Shown: piece after piece, positions 12,168 through 24,570 of the stretch | How the letters are laid out: the number at the start of each line of letters is the position of its first letter | Position numbering within the stretch: position 1 is the first letter of the stretch | Assembly (NCBI RefSeq): GCF_963921235.1 | Contig: NC_086109.1 | Coordinates: forward strand, 20,152,001 to 20,216,000 | Direction: 5' to 3' | Length of the DNA: 64,000 nt | Source: Mobula hypostoma | Lineage: Eukaryota | Made by a program: the position numbers and the translations under genes | The notes under the pieces: model-generated | Told to the model about the DNA's origin: nothing | Databases searched by the model: none | Seen by the model: only the letters and a program-made list of their open reading frames with translations

Positions 12168-12420
12168 TGTACTCTCAGTGGCCACATCTATAGCTACACC
12201 TGTATACCTGCTTGTTATTGCAAATATCTAATCAACCAAACATGCGGCAATAACTCAATTCATAAAAGCATGCAGACGTGGTCAAAAGGCTCATTTGTTG
12301 TTCAGATCAAACATGACTTTGACTGTGGAATAATTGTTAGTGCTGGATGGGGTGGTCCAAGTATCTCAGAAATTGCTAATATCCTGGAAGTTTCATGCAC
12401 AGTATTCTCAGTAGCCATTT
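12168..12420 (+). mobile_element. Tc1-derived fragment
   Basis: TIR ctcagtggccac; DFDCGIIVSA...SISEIANIL (Tc1 N-terminal HTH); matches 3100-3656. Confidence 0.65.
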
Positions 12421-12896
12421 ACCTATTCTTGAATCTGACAAACATCACAGCACATCAACCTCAAACTGCTGTCTCACCAATGTCTAGCAAGGGCTACAGT
12501 TGTACTTTTAACCTCTTGTAAAAACCGCTATGGAAAGGTAGTGAATATACAAAGCTTTTTCAGTAGTAGAAATGATGAGTTCACAGTCAAAATATTGGGC
12601 CATCATGCACCATATAGCCAACAAGCTTCTAAAAATTCTGGGCAGGTGTGTTTTTCCTATATTTACTATGAAAATGCCTAACCTCACATTATCTCACAAT
12701 ACCCCAACTTCTCACCCTTTCACTTAATCTGCTTTTGTTCTTGTGTGACCTTCACATTCTCCTCTACGCTCTTTTACCCACCTTTGTGCCATCAGCAGCT
12801 TTGGAAATGCTATATTCTAAAGTCACGACTAAGGAAATAATACACCAATCCTGTAGTTTTAAAGTTCAATGGTTCAATTAATTATCACAGAATGTA

Positions 12897-13520
12897 TAGT
12901 CATAGTCATAGTCATACTTTATTGATCCCGAGGGAAATCGGTTTTCGTTACAGTTGCACAATAAATAATTAAATAGTAATATGTAAATTATGCCAGGAAA
13001 TAAGTCCAGGACCAGCCTATTGGCTCAGGGTGTCTGACCCTCCAACGGAGAAGTTGTAAAGTTTGATGGCCACAGGCAGGAATGACTTCATATGATGCTC
13101 TGTGTTGCATCTCGGTGGAATGAGTCTCTGGCTGAATGTACTCCTGTGCCCACCCAGTCCATTATGTAGTGGATGGGAGACATTGACCAAGATGGCATGC
13201 AACTTGGACAACATCCTCTTTTCAGACACCACTGTCAGAGAGTCCAGTTCCATCCCCACAACATCACTGGCCTTACAAATGAGTTTGTTGATTCTGTTGG
13301 TGTCTGCTACCCTCAGCCTGCTGCCCCAGCACACAACAGCAAACATGATCGCACTGGCCACCACAGACTCGTAGAACATCCTCAGCATCGTCCGGCAGAT
13401 GTTAAAGGACCTCAGTCTCCTCAGGAAATAGAGACAGCTCTGACCCTTCTTGTAGACAGCCTCAGTGTTCTTTGACCAGTCCAGTTAATTGTCAATTCGT
13501 ATCCCCAGGTATTTGTAATC
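12897..13520 (-). mobile_element. Rex1-type LINE 3' end
   Basis: YKYLGI..., LLRMFYESVVASAIMFAVVCWG...SFLPVAIKLYN; (ATGACT)n tail; the same tail recurs as a ~45-bp insert at 40624-40670. Confidence 0.85.
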
Positions 13521-13764
13521 CTTCAGTCTCCAACCTGAAATTCTTACTCTTCACAGAATTCCACGAAGCAAGAGACCCCATTGGATGAATGATGGAAACA
13601 CCAGAACCCCAAAGCCCCCTCCTCCACAAACGAGCAGCAGTAGAGGCATCAACCCAACCCCTCTCCCTCCCCCTCTTGCACCAGCAGAAGCACTGCCCCC
13701 CGCAACCATACAAGCAATAACAAAGCTATTGCTTTTATAGTAATTACTAATCCCTAAGGCCATA

Positions 13765-14000
13765 TCTGCACTTTAGTTAGATGTTAACGATCCCAGCACG
13801 TCAGCTGAAGAAGAGAGTCCTTGCTCGGTATCCTGACCAACATTGACCCCTCAAGAGCAGACTATCAGCTTATTATCACATTATTGCGCAAAGTTGCCAA
13901 ATGCAAACAGGCTGCTTTGTTTCCTACTCTGTGGCATTAAATGCTTTTATTTTGCTGTAACACTCCTGAGGTCACAAAAGAAGAGATTCTGTAAAACTTC
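13765..14000 (+). mobile_element. Ancient DeuSINE/SacSINE1-like relic
   Basis: tatcctgaccaacatt...ttattatcacatt...ctcctgaggtcac resembles the Deu domain; similar to 25835-26452 and 51340-51563. Confidence 0.5.
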
Positions 14001-14593
14001 TTATCAGCAGGAAACTCTTGTTGCACATATTACTGATAGTGAGTCAGTGAGTTGTAACAGAGACTTCATGACCAATAGAATTACAGGAAAACAATTCAAT
14101 TTCTGTTGCAATCTCAAAATTGCATCCTTTATATCTTTTAGCCCTTTTTTCTGCTGAATCGACTTTGTGGGCCGCTGTATGGCTGAGACTGGAGAACCAA
14201 AAAGTCCCTCACTTGTGTCCTGTTCTGTGCTGACTAATGTTGAGAGGCATTTCTGAGGTTTCTATAACTGTTAGGTTTCATGGGCTGAAGGAAAACACTT
14301 GCTAGAGTCCTAGGTGCCAATAACCTTTGTGCATTACCAATAGTGAGCAGAGCAACCAGGGTTTAGATATTACTAGACAACGGGGTGACCCGGTTGGGCA
14401 CCGTTTGAGAGAAGGGTAGTGCAGTCTGATGTGACCAGAATGAACCTTAGATTTTCCTGAATGCTATTGGTATCTCTTTGCTTTGGAAACTGAAGTAGAA
14501 AACCTCAGCTTATTAAAGAAGAACAACGTGTAGCAAAGCAAATATAGCTGCTCCTCATTTAACACAGGACACTTTTGATGGTATAATTGCTGG

Positions 14594-14879
14594 TTAATCT
14601 GCCACACTTGTGCCTCTCGTTGTCATTCTGGAGTCATGCAGTCCTTTCATTCTCCGTCTCTCCGTCTCTTCTGCTGTTTGTCTCTGATCCTGGAGACGTG
14701 CATGCCTCTCCTCCTCTGTCTCTTCTTCTCTCATCTTTTTTTGTCCTGACTCTATGCTCCTGGAGTCGTGCGGCCCTGGCCTCATCTGGTTCTTGTTGTC
14801 TCCCTCTCCTTGTCGCTTCCCGACGACGTTTGACATCATCCCTTGACCATAATGTCCCCCTTCCCTTTCCATGCGGCAT
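14594..14879 (-). pseudogene. Decayed ORF start with 23-aa STPR-like repeats, probably the N-terminus of a Helitron Rep/helicase
   Basis: After correcting 2 frameshifts and one CGA>TGA: MPHGKGRG...RQQ EPDEARAARLQEHRVRTKKMREE ETEEERHARLQDQRQ..SRRDG ETENERTA*LQNDNERHK. Confidence 0.55.
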
Positions 14880-15395
14880 AATTAGGCTGACCATTTTTTT
14901 TACCCTAATGCTGGATAGAAGATACGAAGCAGTAACACCAAAGGATGCTGATTACTCTTGATGATGTGGCAGACGCTCTCCTAAATGGACGTGATATAGT
15001 CACCGCTGTCCTTTGACTGCAGCAAAGGGTTTTATGGGTGTCTCGAAGTACATCATTACAATAAGATTTAATTATCTCTTATTGATGGGTGGCAGTTAGA
15101 TCTGTCCCAATCCTGCACATGCTGATGGTGATGAGCAGAATGTGACTCCTCGAAATAGAGCTGCCCTGCCCTTTTGCTCTGGTAGGTGTCGCTGCTGAGG
15201 CTGGCTGTGCGCATGCGTTGGGCTGTCTCGTCCCGATTTCCATGATGGCGGATCGGCTCTCGGGTTAAAAGGGAGCCTGTTGATTTTTGGCGAATGAGCA
15301 ATGTTATACAAATATATAACCCTGAACTTTGCCTGCGTTCTGTAAGTTAGCGTATTTTAATCCGATTTAGCCAAAAGAGGTGCCGCAGTAATGCA

Positions 15396-15588
15396 AACAA
15401 CAGGAATTCTGCAGATGCTGGAAATTCAAGCAACACACATCAAAGTTGCTGGTGAACGCAGCAGGCCAAGCAGCATCTCTAGGAAGAGGTGCAGCCGACG
15501 TTTCAGGCCGAGACCGGAAACGTCGACTGCACCTCTTCCTACAGATGCTGCTTGGCCTGCTGCGTTCACCAGCAACTTTGATGTGTGT
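15396..15588. mobile_element. Fold-back PLE-end insertion (~75-bp inverted arms) with 15-bp TSD
   Basis: 15430-15504 is the reverse complement of 15517-15591 (2 mismatches); TSD tgcc(g/a)cagtaatgca at 15381-15395 and 15589-15603. Confidence 0.9.
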
Positions 15589-15682
15589 TGCCACAGTAAT
15601 GCACTGTTTGTGCTAATTGGAGGTCACGAGCAGACAAACAGAGAGACAGAGCATGAAAGTTTTAGTAGTATACAGATGGAGT

Positions 15683-16010
15683 GACACACAAAATGCTGGA
15701 GGAACGCAGAAGGTGAGGCAGCGTCTACGGAAGGAAATTGACAGTGGGACTCCTCTTTAGGACTGGAAGGAATGAGGGGAAATAGTCTGAATAAAAGGGT
15801 GGGGGGGGGGGGAAGGGTGGAGTGAGAGTGGCAGGTCATAATTGAATCCAGGCACGGGGAATCAACTTGGTTTTGAAAGGTGGAAATAGGAAGGCTGAAA
15901 AAGGTGGAATCTGATAGGAAAGGATATTGGACCATGGAATAACGGGAAGAACCAGAAGGAGAAATATGTGGGTGATGGGCAGGGGAGTGTAAAGAGGAAG
16001 GGCATTATGG
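15683..16010 (-). mobile_element. PLE pLTR fragment
   Basis: acacacaaaatgctggaggaac end followed by purine-rich pLTR body. Confidence 0.65.
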
Positions 16011-16634
16011 CAGTAAAGGTATTTTTAGATATTATATTAGATATTGTGGCTTTCAAAGTTAGATAGCTGGGACAATGTGTACTATATGGAGCTCTACACA
16101 TGGAGTCTACATGGAACCCAGATGAAGGATCTCAACCCAAAATGTGACCATCTATTTCCATCCACAGATGTTGCCTGACCTACTGAGTTCCTTCACCAAC
16201 TTGTCTTTCATTCAGACTCAACTGATAGAGGTGAAAGTTGGAAGGATAAAGGATTTACATAAATCCAGGCAGGTGATACTGGACGATGAGTAAGAATGAG
16301 AACCTCTGCCAAGTTGATGGAAAGCAGTACTAGGGAAGGGCAAAGTTCAAATCTTGGTTTCACTATAGAAGCCTGCTTAGTTTCAATGATAGTTTTTTAG
16401 TTAAGTTTATAGATGACCAATTCTGTGCTGCATGACGTGCGTTGAGATGTTGGCTATGGCTGGAATTCACTCCTGTCTGGAGCCACTGTAATTCGCCTAT
16501 ACTGCATAGGCTTACAGCAGGTGTTTTTGCACAAGCTCTCTGCTCTGCTTTAGAGTATCTAGCAAAACATATATTAGGCTATTGTTTATTGATTACAGTT
16601 TGGCATTCAATACCATCAACCCCTCAATATTAAT

Positions 16635-17495
16635 CATAAGACCACAAAATTAGGCCAAAATTAGGACTGAGTCTGCTCCACCATTTTATAATTTTCCGCT
16701 CAGCCCCAATATCCTGCCTTCTCCCCGTATCCTTTCATGCACTCACTAGTCAAGAATCTATCAACCTCTGCCTTAAATATACCCAGTGACATGGCCTCTG
16801 CTGCTGCCTGTGGCAAAGAATTCTGCACAATTACCATTCTCTGGCTAAAGAGAATACTTCTCATCTCCATTCTAAAAGAATGGCCCTCTATTCCCTATCC
16901 TCTGGTCTTAGGCTTCCCCACCATAGGAAACATAAGACCATAAAATATAGGAGCAGAAGTAGGCCATTTGGCCCATCGAGTCTGCTCCGCCATTCAATCA
17001 GATCCAATTCTTCCAATCATCCCCACTCCCCTGCTTTCACCCCATACCCATTGATGCTCTGGCTAATCAAGAACCTATCTATCTCCTCCTTAAATACACC
17101 CAGTGACCTGGCCTCCACAGCCGCTCATGGCAACAAATTCCACAGAGTTACCACCCTCTGACTAAAGTAATTTCTCCGCATCTCTGTTCTAAATGGACGC
17201 CCTTCAATCCTGAAGTCGTGCCCTCTTGTCCTAGACTCCCCTACCATGGGAAATAACTTTGCCATATCTAATCTGCTCAGGCCTTTTAACATTCTGAATA
17301 TTTCTATGAGATCCACCCTCATTCTCCTGAACTCCGGGAAAACAGCCCAAGAACTACCAGATGTTCCTCATATGGTAACCCTTTCGTTTCTGGAATCATT
17401 CTCGTGAATCTTCTCTGAACCCTCTCCAATGTCAGTATATCCTTTCTAAAATAAGGAGCCCAAAACTGTACACAGTACTCCAAGTGTGGTCTCAT
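16635..17495 (-). mobile_element. Two adjacent/nested CR1 3' fragments
   Basis: MRVDLIEIFRMLKGL...FPMVGESRTRGH...FSQRVVTLWNLLP; a second tail (ataagacc) starts at ~16930; close relative at 34558-34995. Confidence 0.85.
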
Positions 17496-17499
17496 GAAG

Positions 17500-18480
17500 C
17501 TGTTAAACCTGGGGCTCTGTACCTCTCATGGATTCTTGACTTACTCACCAGAGTACACAGCCAGCGTAGATCGGAAATAACATCTCCTCAGTGACAACAA
17601 ATGCCTGGGCACCTTAAGGAAGTGTGCTAAGCCCGTCAGTCTAATCTTGCTACACCCATGACTGTGGAAAAGCACAGCTCAAACACCAACTTTAAATTCA
17701 CAGATGATTTCAGTGTTGCAAGTAAAATCTCAGGTTGTGTTGAGGAGGCGTGTATGTTGGCTGTCTGCGAAGAGCCACAGCAATATCCTCACCTTTGCGA
17801 TCAGCAGGAACAACAAATTGATTGTGGACTTTAGGAAGGGGAAGTTGGGAGAGCACATACCCGTCCTCATTGAGGGGTCAGTTGTGGAGAGACTGAATAG
17901 CTTTAAGTTCATGGGCGTCAACATCTAAAAGGGTCTATCCTCGGTCCAGCACATTGATGCTTTCATGAAGAAGGTTTCGTTCAGAGTTTCAGGAGATTTG
18001 GTACATCACCAAAGCCTTCCAAATTTCTACAGATGTACGGTGGATAACATTCTGTCTGGCTGCGTCCCAGCCTAGTACAGAGGCTCCAATGAAAGGATCA
18101 CAAGAGGACAGTTCTATCACAGGCACAGAACTCCCCTCCATCAAGGACATCTTCGAGAGGCGGTGCCTTGTGAAGGTGGCATCTATCATCAAGAACCTTT
18201 ACCATCTGGGACATGCCCTCTTCTCATTGCTACCCGTCGGGAGGAGGCACAGGAGCCTGAAGAGCCACACTCAGTGATTCAGAAGCACCTTCTTCCCCTC
18301 CACCATCAGGTTTCTGAATGGTCCATAAACCCATGAACACAAGCTTGCTATTTCTTTTTTTTTTGCGCTATGTATTTATTTTGTAATTTATAGTAATTCT
18401 ATGTCTTGGCACTGTGCTGTTGCCAAAAAAAAACATATTTCCAGTCATATAAGACAGTGATAATAAATAAATATAAATAA
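17500..18480 (+). mobile_element. Degraded Rex1/Babar LINE
   Basis: LIVDFRKG...VERLNSFKFMGVNI and ASIIKNLYHLGHALFSLLP.GRR.RSLK. Confidence 0.8.
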
Positions 18481-20616
18481 CACAGACAAAATACATTCTG
18501 AATGTGACAATGAGACTCGGAATACTTCTACAGTGATCTTGGAAGGCGACAGGACAAGTTCAGAATTACATTAAAAACAAAGGTGTGATGTGATCTGCAG
18601 TTCACCCCTGAGCTCCCAGGGACAATTAGAGTTGAAGAAAATATACCTTCATGTCAGCAAGGTCCACATCCTATATATGAAAAAAAAAGCCCTAGCTATT
18701 TATAGCATGCAAATTGTAAGTGAGTTAAGTTCCAGTAGGGAACTGGAGTAAATAACTTACTCAAATAGCTGTATGGATCACAAAACCTTTCCAGTGAGAT
18801 AGGAGTTCCACCACTGAACTAAAACATGAATGCATCATGGTCTCAAAGGATTCAAAGTACACTTATTATCAAAACACTTGTGCAGTATACAACTGTGAGA
18901 TTCATCTTCGCACAGACAGCCATGAACCAAAGAAAACCATGGTACCTGTCCAAAGAAAAACATCAGCCTCCCCCCCATGTGCAAAAGAAAACAAATTGTA
19001 CAAAAGGCAACAAGAACATCAACCTTCCCCCCCCGCCCCCCGCCGGTACATAAACGCCATGCAGAGGTGATCACCCGTGCTGTACCTATGGACGTGTTTT
19101 TGTTTTCAGGGCAGCCTAGCGGCCTGCAGAGGCACTGCCTTGGGTTCATTCCTGATTTCGGGTGCAGACTGCGTGGAGTTTGCATGCTCTGCCTGTGACG
19201 GCACAGGTTTCCTCTGAGAGCTTCAGTTTCCTCCCATATCCTGACAACGTGAGGGTTTTGGTAGGTTAACTGGCAGTTGTAAATTGTTCCTGGTGTGCGG
19301 GTGAGTGATAGAATCTGGGGGTAGGGGTTAGTTTATGAGAACATAGAACGAATATGAGATTTAGGATAAAAGGGTGGTTAATTGTCAGCATGGACTTGCT
19401 GGGCTTAGGGGCCTGTTCCCATACTGTATGTCTTTGTGAACATTGAACATATGGTACAACGGTACAGTGCACTTCAGCCCACAATGCTTTGCCAATCTTT
19501 TTATCTACTCTAAGTTCAATTTAACTCTTCCCTCCCACATAGTCCCCAATTTTTCTCTTGTCCATGTGCCTACCTGAAATATCCCTAATATAGTGACCTC
19601 CACACCAATCCTGGCTGTGCATTCCAAGCACACACCACTCTCTGAGTAAAAAAAACCTTCCTCTGACATCCCGCCTATATCTTCCTCCAATCACCTTAAA
19701 ATTATGCCTTCTTGTGTAGCAATTTCTGCCCTGGGAATAGTCGCTGGCTGTGCACTCCAACCAATATCACCTCTCTCCCTCACTCCTCGCTCACAGAGTG
19801 TAAGTCACAAGTCACAATGTGGAGAGATACACATCTCCTTCATTGAGATGGATGGGACGAGTGATAAAACAGAGATAATTAATCACTTTATAGTGATGAC
19901 TAATATCACTGATGAATGTTTCTGTAATTTACATCATGGTAATTCCCCCACATATTTAAAAAGGAAACGTAACACCTTTCTCTCTAAAATACATTCAGTA
20001 TGTAGGTCCCAATAATGAACTAGATTTAAATTAGTTTATTGGATTCAAGCAGCTAAGTCAATATTATTGTTGGAGAAATTCTTCTGTCTCTGAGACATTA
20101 TTTTAAATCAAATGTGTGAGAGTCTAGCAGATAGATTAACTACACATCACATCCAACATTATTCAGATCCCAAATAAGCAGGTGGAATAAACTGGTTCCA
20201 GAGAGTCCCTAACAGTTGCTGCTAGATTAGGTCATGATGAACCATGAGGAGTTGCTGCCCACACCTCCAATATTCAGTCCCATTGAACTAGAACAATGAC
20301 ACTGATGGAACAGGCAGCAGAGGAGAAGAATATTTGGTCTACATAGTCACAATTGCCCCATATGTAAGTTCCCTCTCAAGATGCATATTTGTCCCGTATC
20401 CATGATCATTTATAGGTATCAAAGGAAGAGTGCCAGGTCTGGCAGTTCTCCAGGCCAGTTCTACACAGTTTGCTGCTTCCATCAAACTTGCATGCTCCAA
20501 ATCTTTCCGAAGATCATCTGCTTCCACATCATTATGATATGCCTTCTAAGACCAATTGGAAAGGAGCTATAAAAAAGTGCTTAATTACTTTTATAATTTG
20601 CAGATAATACACAGTG

Positions 20617-21032
20617 CAGGTGGGTGGTGGGGTGGAGATATGTCTCTACCAAAGGAGATGCAAGGCATTCCTTCCATCCTTTAGCCTGCAGGTCACCATT
20701 GGGCAAGGAGTAGCACCTGCTTAGCCTCCCCCTGTACCCTCCCCACCACCCCCCCCCCCCGGAATCAGGATCATGTGAAGCCATGGGAGCAGGAGGTGTA
20801 CAGTCCTAAGAGTGGCCAGTGCATATCACAATTCTTGGTTATGCGGCCACTGACGCCAGGCAGATAATCTCTGAAGAGTGTTGATAATGGCTGGAGCCAC
20901 CTGTCTTGTAAAGACACTGCCCAGAAGAAGGTAATGGCAAACCACTTCCGCAGAAAAATTTACAGAAAAATCTCAGTCAGAAGACCATGATTGCCCATGC
21001 CATACGACGAGGCACATAATGATAATGATGAT
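20617..21032 (+). mobile_element. RTE-related non-autonomous element
   Basis: Contains aatggcaaaccact (RTE/BovB-type motif) and an (ATG)n tail; copies at 25982-26352 (-) and 42805-43195 (-). Confidence 0.6.
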
Positions 21033-22279
21033 ACAACGCAGGTATTGCATGTGAGGGCCTGAGGGATTTGGTGCTTAAGGCAGCAAATAAAGCTTCTTTG
21101 GAGTTGGAGCTGTGTTTAGGTAAATTCATAGAGGGCACTGCATCATGCACCTGACATCCATTGTAGGTGGTAGAAAAGTTTTGTGGATTCATGTGAGGTA
21201 CTCTTTACAGAATACAGAGAATCTGATCTACCATAATTAATCCTAGACTTTTGCCTATTTGATAAACTGGTTGAAAGAAAGCAGTGTAATTGAAATTACA
21301 TATATAAGAGATGTCCAAAGTACTCTTGATTAATATCACACATCAGGTTTAATGAGAACATTTAAACCCAGAGAGTTAAAGTGTGCAATAGCAACATTCC
21401 CTCAAAAATTATCTGCATTTGTGATAATGGTTTTGCTCATATTGGAAGGAAAAATGCAATGAAGGTCCACAATTTTCAGTCAGAGGACTGCAACTGGCTT
21501 GGATGTAGTTTAGTGACCTACATTGTGAGTTCAGAGCCCAATTCAGAAATTTGCAAGTGACTCAAAAATTGAAAGTGTGAGAAGATAGCAATAGATTGAC
21601 GGAGAGGAAAGACAGTCTAATAAAATGTGATGGGTTGTGGCTGATGATATTCACAGCACTGTAACACTTCACAGTGCCGCCTATAAGATCAGGGTTCAAT
21701 TCCTACTACTGTCTGTAAGTCATGCTCTTCCTGTGACTGCATTGGTTTTCTCTAACTGCTTTGGTTTTCTTCCACATTCCGAAAATGTACAGGTTAGGGC
21801 TACTGAGCTGTGGGCAAGCACCATGACCCTTGTGGGCTGCCCTCTGCAATTTCTTGATGCAAAAGAGTAACTTCATTCTATGTTTCGATATGCATGTCTC
21901 AAATAATGCTAATCTCTCCAGGGAAGGAGCAACTTGAGAGTACTGGAGCACAGAACGTTAGAAGTGTTGGATCCTGATGCTTTTGTGATCTAAAGGTTCT
22001 TTGGAAGTGAAGAGTGAGCAAGAAATTCACGGCCATTTTATTAAGTATTCCAAGGGCAGAAAACAAGCAACAAAGAGGGGCCAAAAGAACAGAGAAAAGA
22101 CCGGGGGAAAAAGCAACCATGCTCGTAGCATCCCAGACCAGAGTTAACAAAAATTCCAATGATAACAATTAATCTATAGAATTGTCAGACTCAAGCGTGA
22201 CACCTGCTACTGAAAGCTAAGTAGTTTCTAGAAATATACAGAAGCAACTACCTCATAATTACTGGAAAATTCTCTGACC

Positions 22280-24436
22280 ACCCAGATAGATCAGTTTCGC
22301 ATCATCTCCCTGCAGTGTGTCGAGGCAAAGATCTTCTTCAGTGCAGTTTCTAACCGGCTATGCACATACCTAGCAAAGAACACCTATATTGATACATCAG
22401 TCCAGAAGGGTGGCATTTCAGGGACACCGGGCTGTCTGGAGCACATCGGTGTGGTGAGACAGCTCATCAGGGAGGCCAGAGAGAACAAGGGCAACCTGTC
22501 AGTGTTGTGGCTCGACCTGGCAAATGCATATGGCCCCATTCCGCACAAGCTGGTGCAGCTCACACTGACCAAATATCACGTCCCCAGCAGAATCAGAGAC
22601 CTTATCGCTGATTATTACAGCAACTTCAGGATGAGGGTCTCTTCAGGAGCAATGACATCAACCTGGCACAAGGTGGAGGTCAGCATCATCACAGGGTGCA
22701 CTACCTCAGTGACACTGTTTTCCCTAGCCATGAACATGCTCACTAAGTCTGCTGAACCAGAGTGTAGAGGGCCCAGAATGAATTCCGCTCAATGGCAACC
22801 ACCTATCAGGGCATTCATGGATGACCTCACAGTCACCACAGAATCAGTCCCAGGCTGCCGGGGGATTCTGCAAGGGCTCGAAAAGCTGGTGGAGTGGGCC
22901 CGGATGCGTTTCAAACCTGCCAAATCAAGATCGATGGTGCTGAGGAAAGGGAAGGTGGAGAACAAGTTCCGGTTCAGCATCGCAGGCACAGCCATCCCAA
23001 CCATCACAGAAAAGCCAGTCAAGAGCTTAGGCAAAGTTTTTGACAGCTCTTTAAGGGACACAACATCCATTCAGGCAACCTGCACCAAATTGGATGGCTG
23101 GCTGAAATCTGTGGACAAGTCTGGCCTACCTGGGAAGTTTAAAGCCTGGGTGTATCAGCATGGCATTCTTCCCAGAATCCTGTGGCCCCTCCTCGTCTAT
23201 GCAGTTCCGATCTCGGGAGTCGAATCCTTAGAGAGGAGGGTTAGCAACCACCTCAAGACATGGCTGGGGCTGCCAAAGAGCCTGAGCAGCATCGCACTCT
23301 ATGGACACCACAACAAACTGCAACTGCCCTTCCAATCCTTGGAGGAAGAATTCAAGGTAACAAGAGCCAGAGAAGTGCTACAGTATAGGGACTCAAGTGA
23401 GCCGAAGGTGGCTAGAGCAGGGATCTAAGTAAGTACTGGCAGGAAGTGGAGGGCAGAGGAAGCTGTTCAGGAGGCAGATGCGAGGCTGCATCACAGGAGG
23501 CTGGTGGGAGAGGTCACACAAGGCTGAGCTGGGCTAGGATCCTTTCCAACTCCCCAAATGGACATCAGAGGGAAGGAAAGGCATCGTCTAGTTCAGGAGG
23601 AGGTGAGGGCAGTAGTGGAGGAGGTGAGAGCCTGCAAGATGGTGGGAATGAAGCAACAGGGAGCTTGGACAAGATGGGAGAATGCGGTTGAGAGGAAAGT
23701 GACCTGGGCTGATCTTTGGAAAGCTGAACCACACCGTATCCAATTTCTCATCCAGGCAGTGTACGATGTGCTTCCAAGCCCATCAAACCTGCACACATGG
23801 GGCAAGGCAGAGTCATCTGTGTGCCCACTGTGCTCCAAGCGAGGAACCCTGGAGCACAACCTCAGCGGCTGTGCAAGGGCACTTGGTGAGGGACGGTACA
23901 GGTGGAGGCATCAGGTCCTGAAGACCATCGCTGAAGCCGTCAGTGCAGGAGTTGAGTGGGCGAAGCGGTCCCGACCCTCCAAGCAGACCATTGCCTTTGT
24001 CAGAGCTGGGGAGCAGCCAATACCTGCCAAAAGAACATCTGCAGGCATTCTGACCTCTACAAGTGACTGGCAGCTGAAGTTCCCCAACCATATCGCAGCC
24101 ACCACCCTGCGACCAGACATTGTCCTAGTGTCTGAGTCTACTAAGCAAGTGGTGCTGCTGGAGCTGACAGTCCCATGGGAAGATAGCTTGGAGGAGGCCT
24201 TTGAAAGGAAGCTCTCCAAGCACACAGGACTGGTCAGCAACTGTCAGCAGGCTGGATGGAGAGCGAGGTGTCTCCCAGTGGAGGTTGGTTGTAGGGGATT
24301 CATAGCCCGTTCTTTAGTTAGAGCCTTCAGCATTTTGGGCATCGAGGGAGAGAGGAAGAGGAGAGCCATCCGCAGTACGACTGATGTGGCAGAGGGGGCC
24401 TCAAGATGGCTGTGGCTCAAAAGAGGGGAGCCATAG
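22280..24436 (+). pseudogene. RT-CCHC-REL endonuclease ORF with two in-frame stops
   Basis: FRIISLQCVEAKIF..QKGG..WLDLANAYG..TGCTTS..AFMDD..KSLGK; CPLCSKRGTLEHNLSGC; RPDIV..ELTVPWE..FERK. ORFs 22451 and 23558 share a frame, broken only by TAA 23426-23428 and TGA 23525-23527. Confidence 0.9.
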
Positions 24437-24506
24437 AGTCATAAGTAGCTAGCCATCTGGACACAAGCTGGGGTTCTGATCAGCCCCGGCTGGGTCACCT
24501 GGAGGA

Positions 24507-24570
24507 GGTTGTATGATGTTGAAAGACCCGAAACACCCGATGATTCCAGGATCATCACTGAAGATGTGTC
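24507..24570 (+). ncRNA. Putative non-circularly permuted hammerhead ribozyme in HERO 3' UTR
   Basis: ggttg-TA-tgatg-ttgaaa-gac-cc-GAAA-caccc...catca-CTGAAGA-tgt-gtc. Confidence 0.6.

Noticed and set aside
15430..15591. Recurring near-identical PLE ends as a CRISPR array or pre-miRNA
   Set aside because: Dispersed rather than regularly spaced, eukaryotic context, and explained as PLE termini with TSDs
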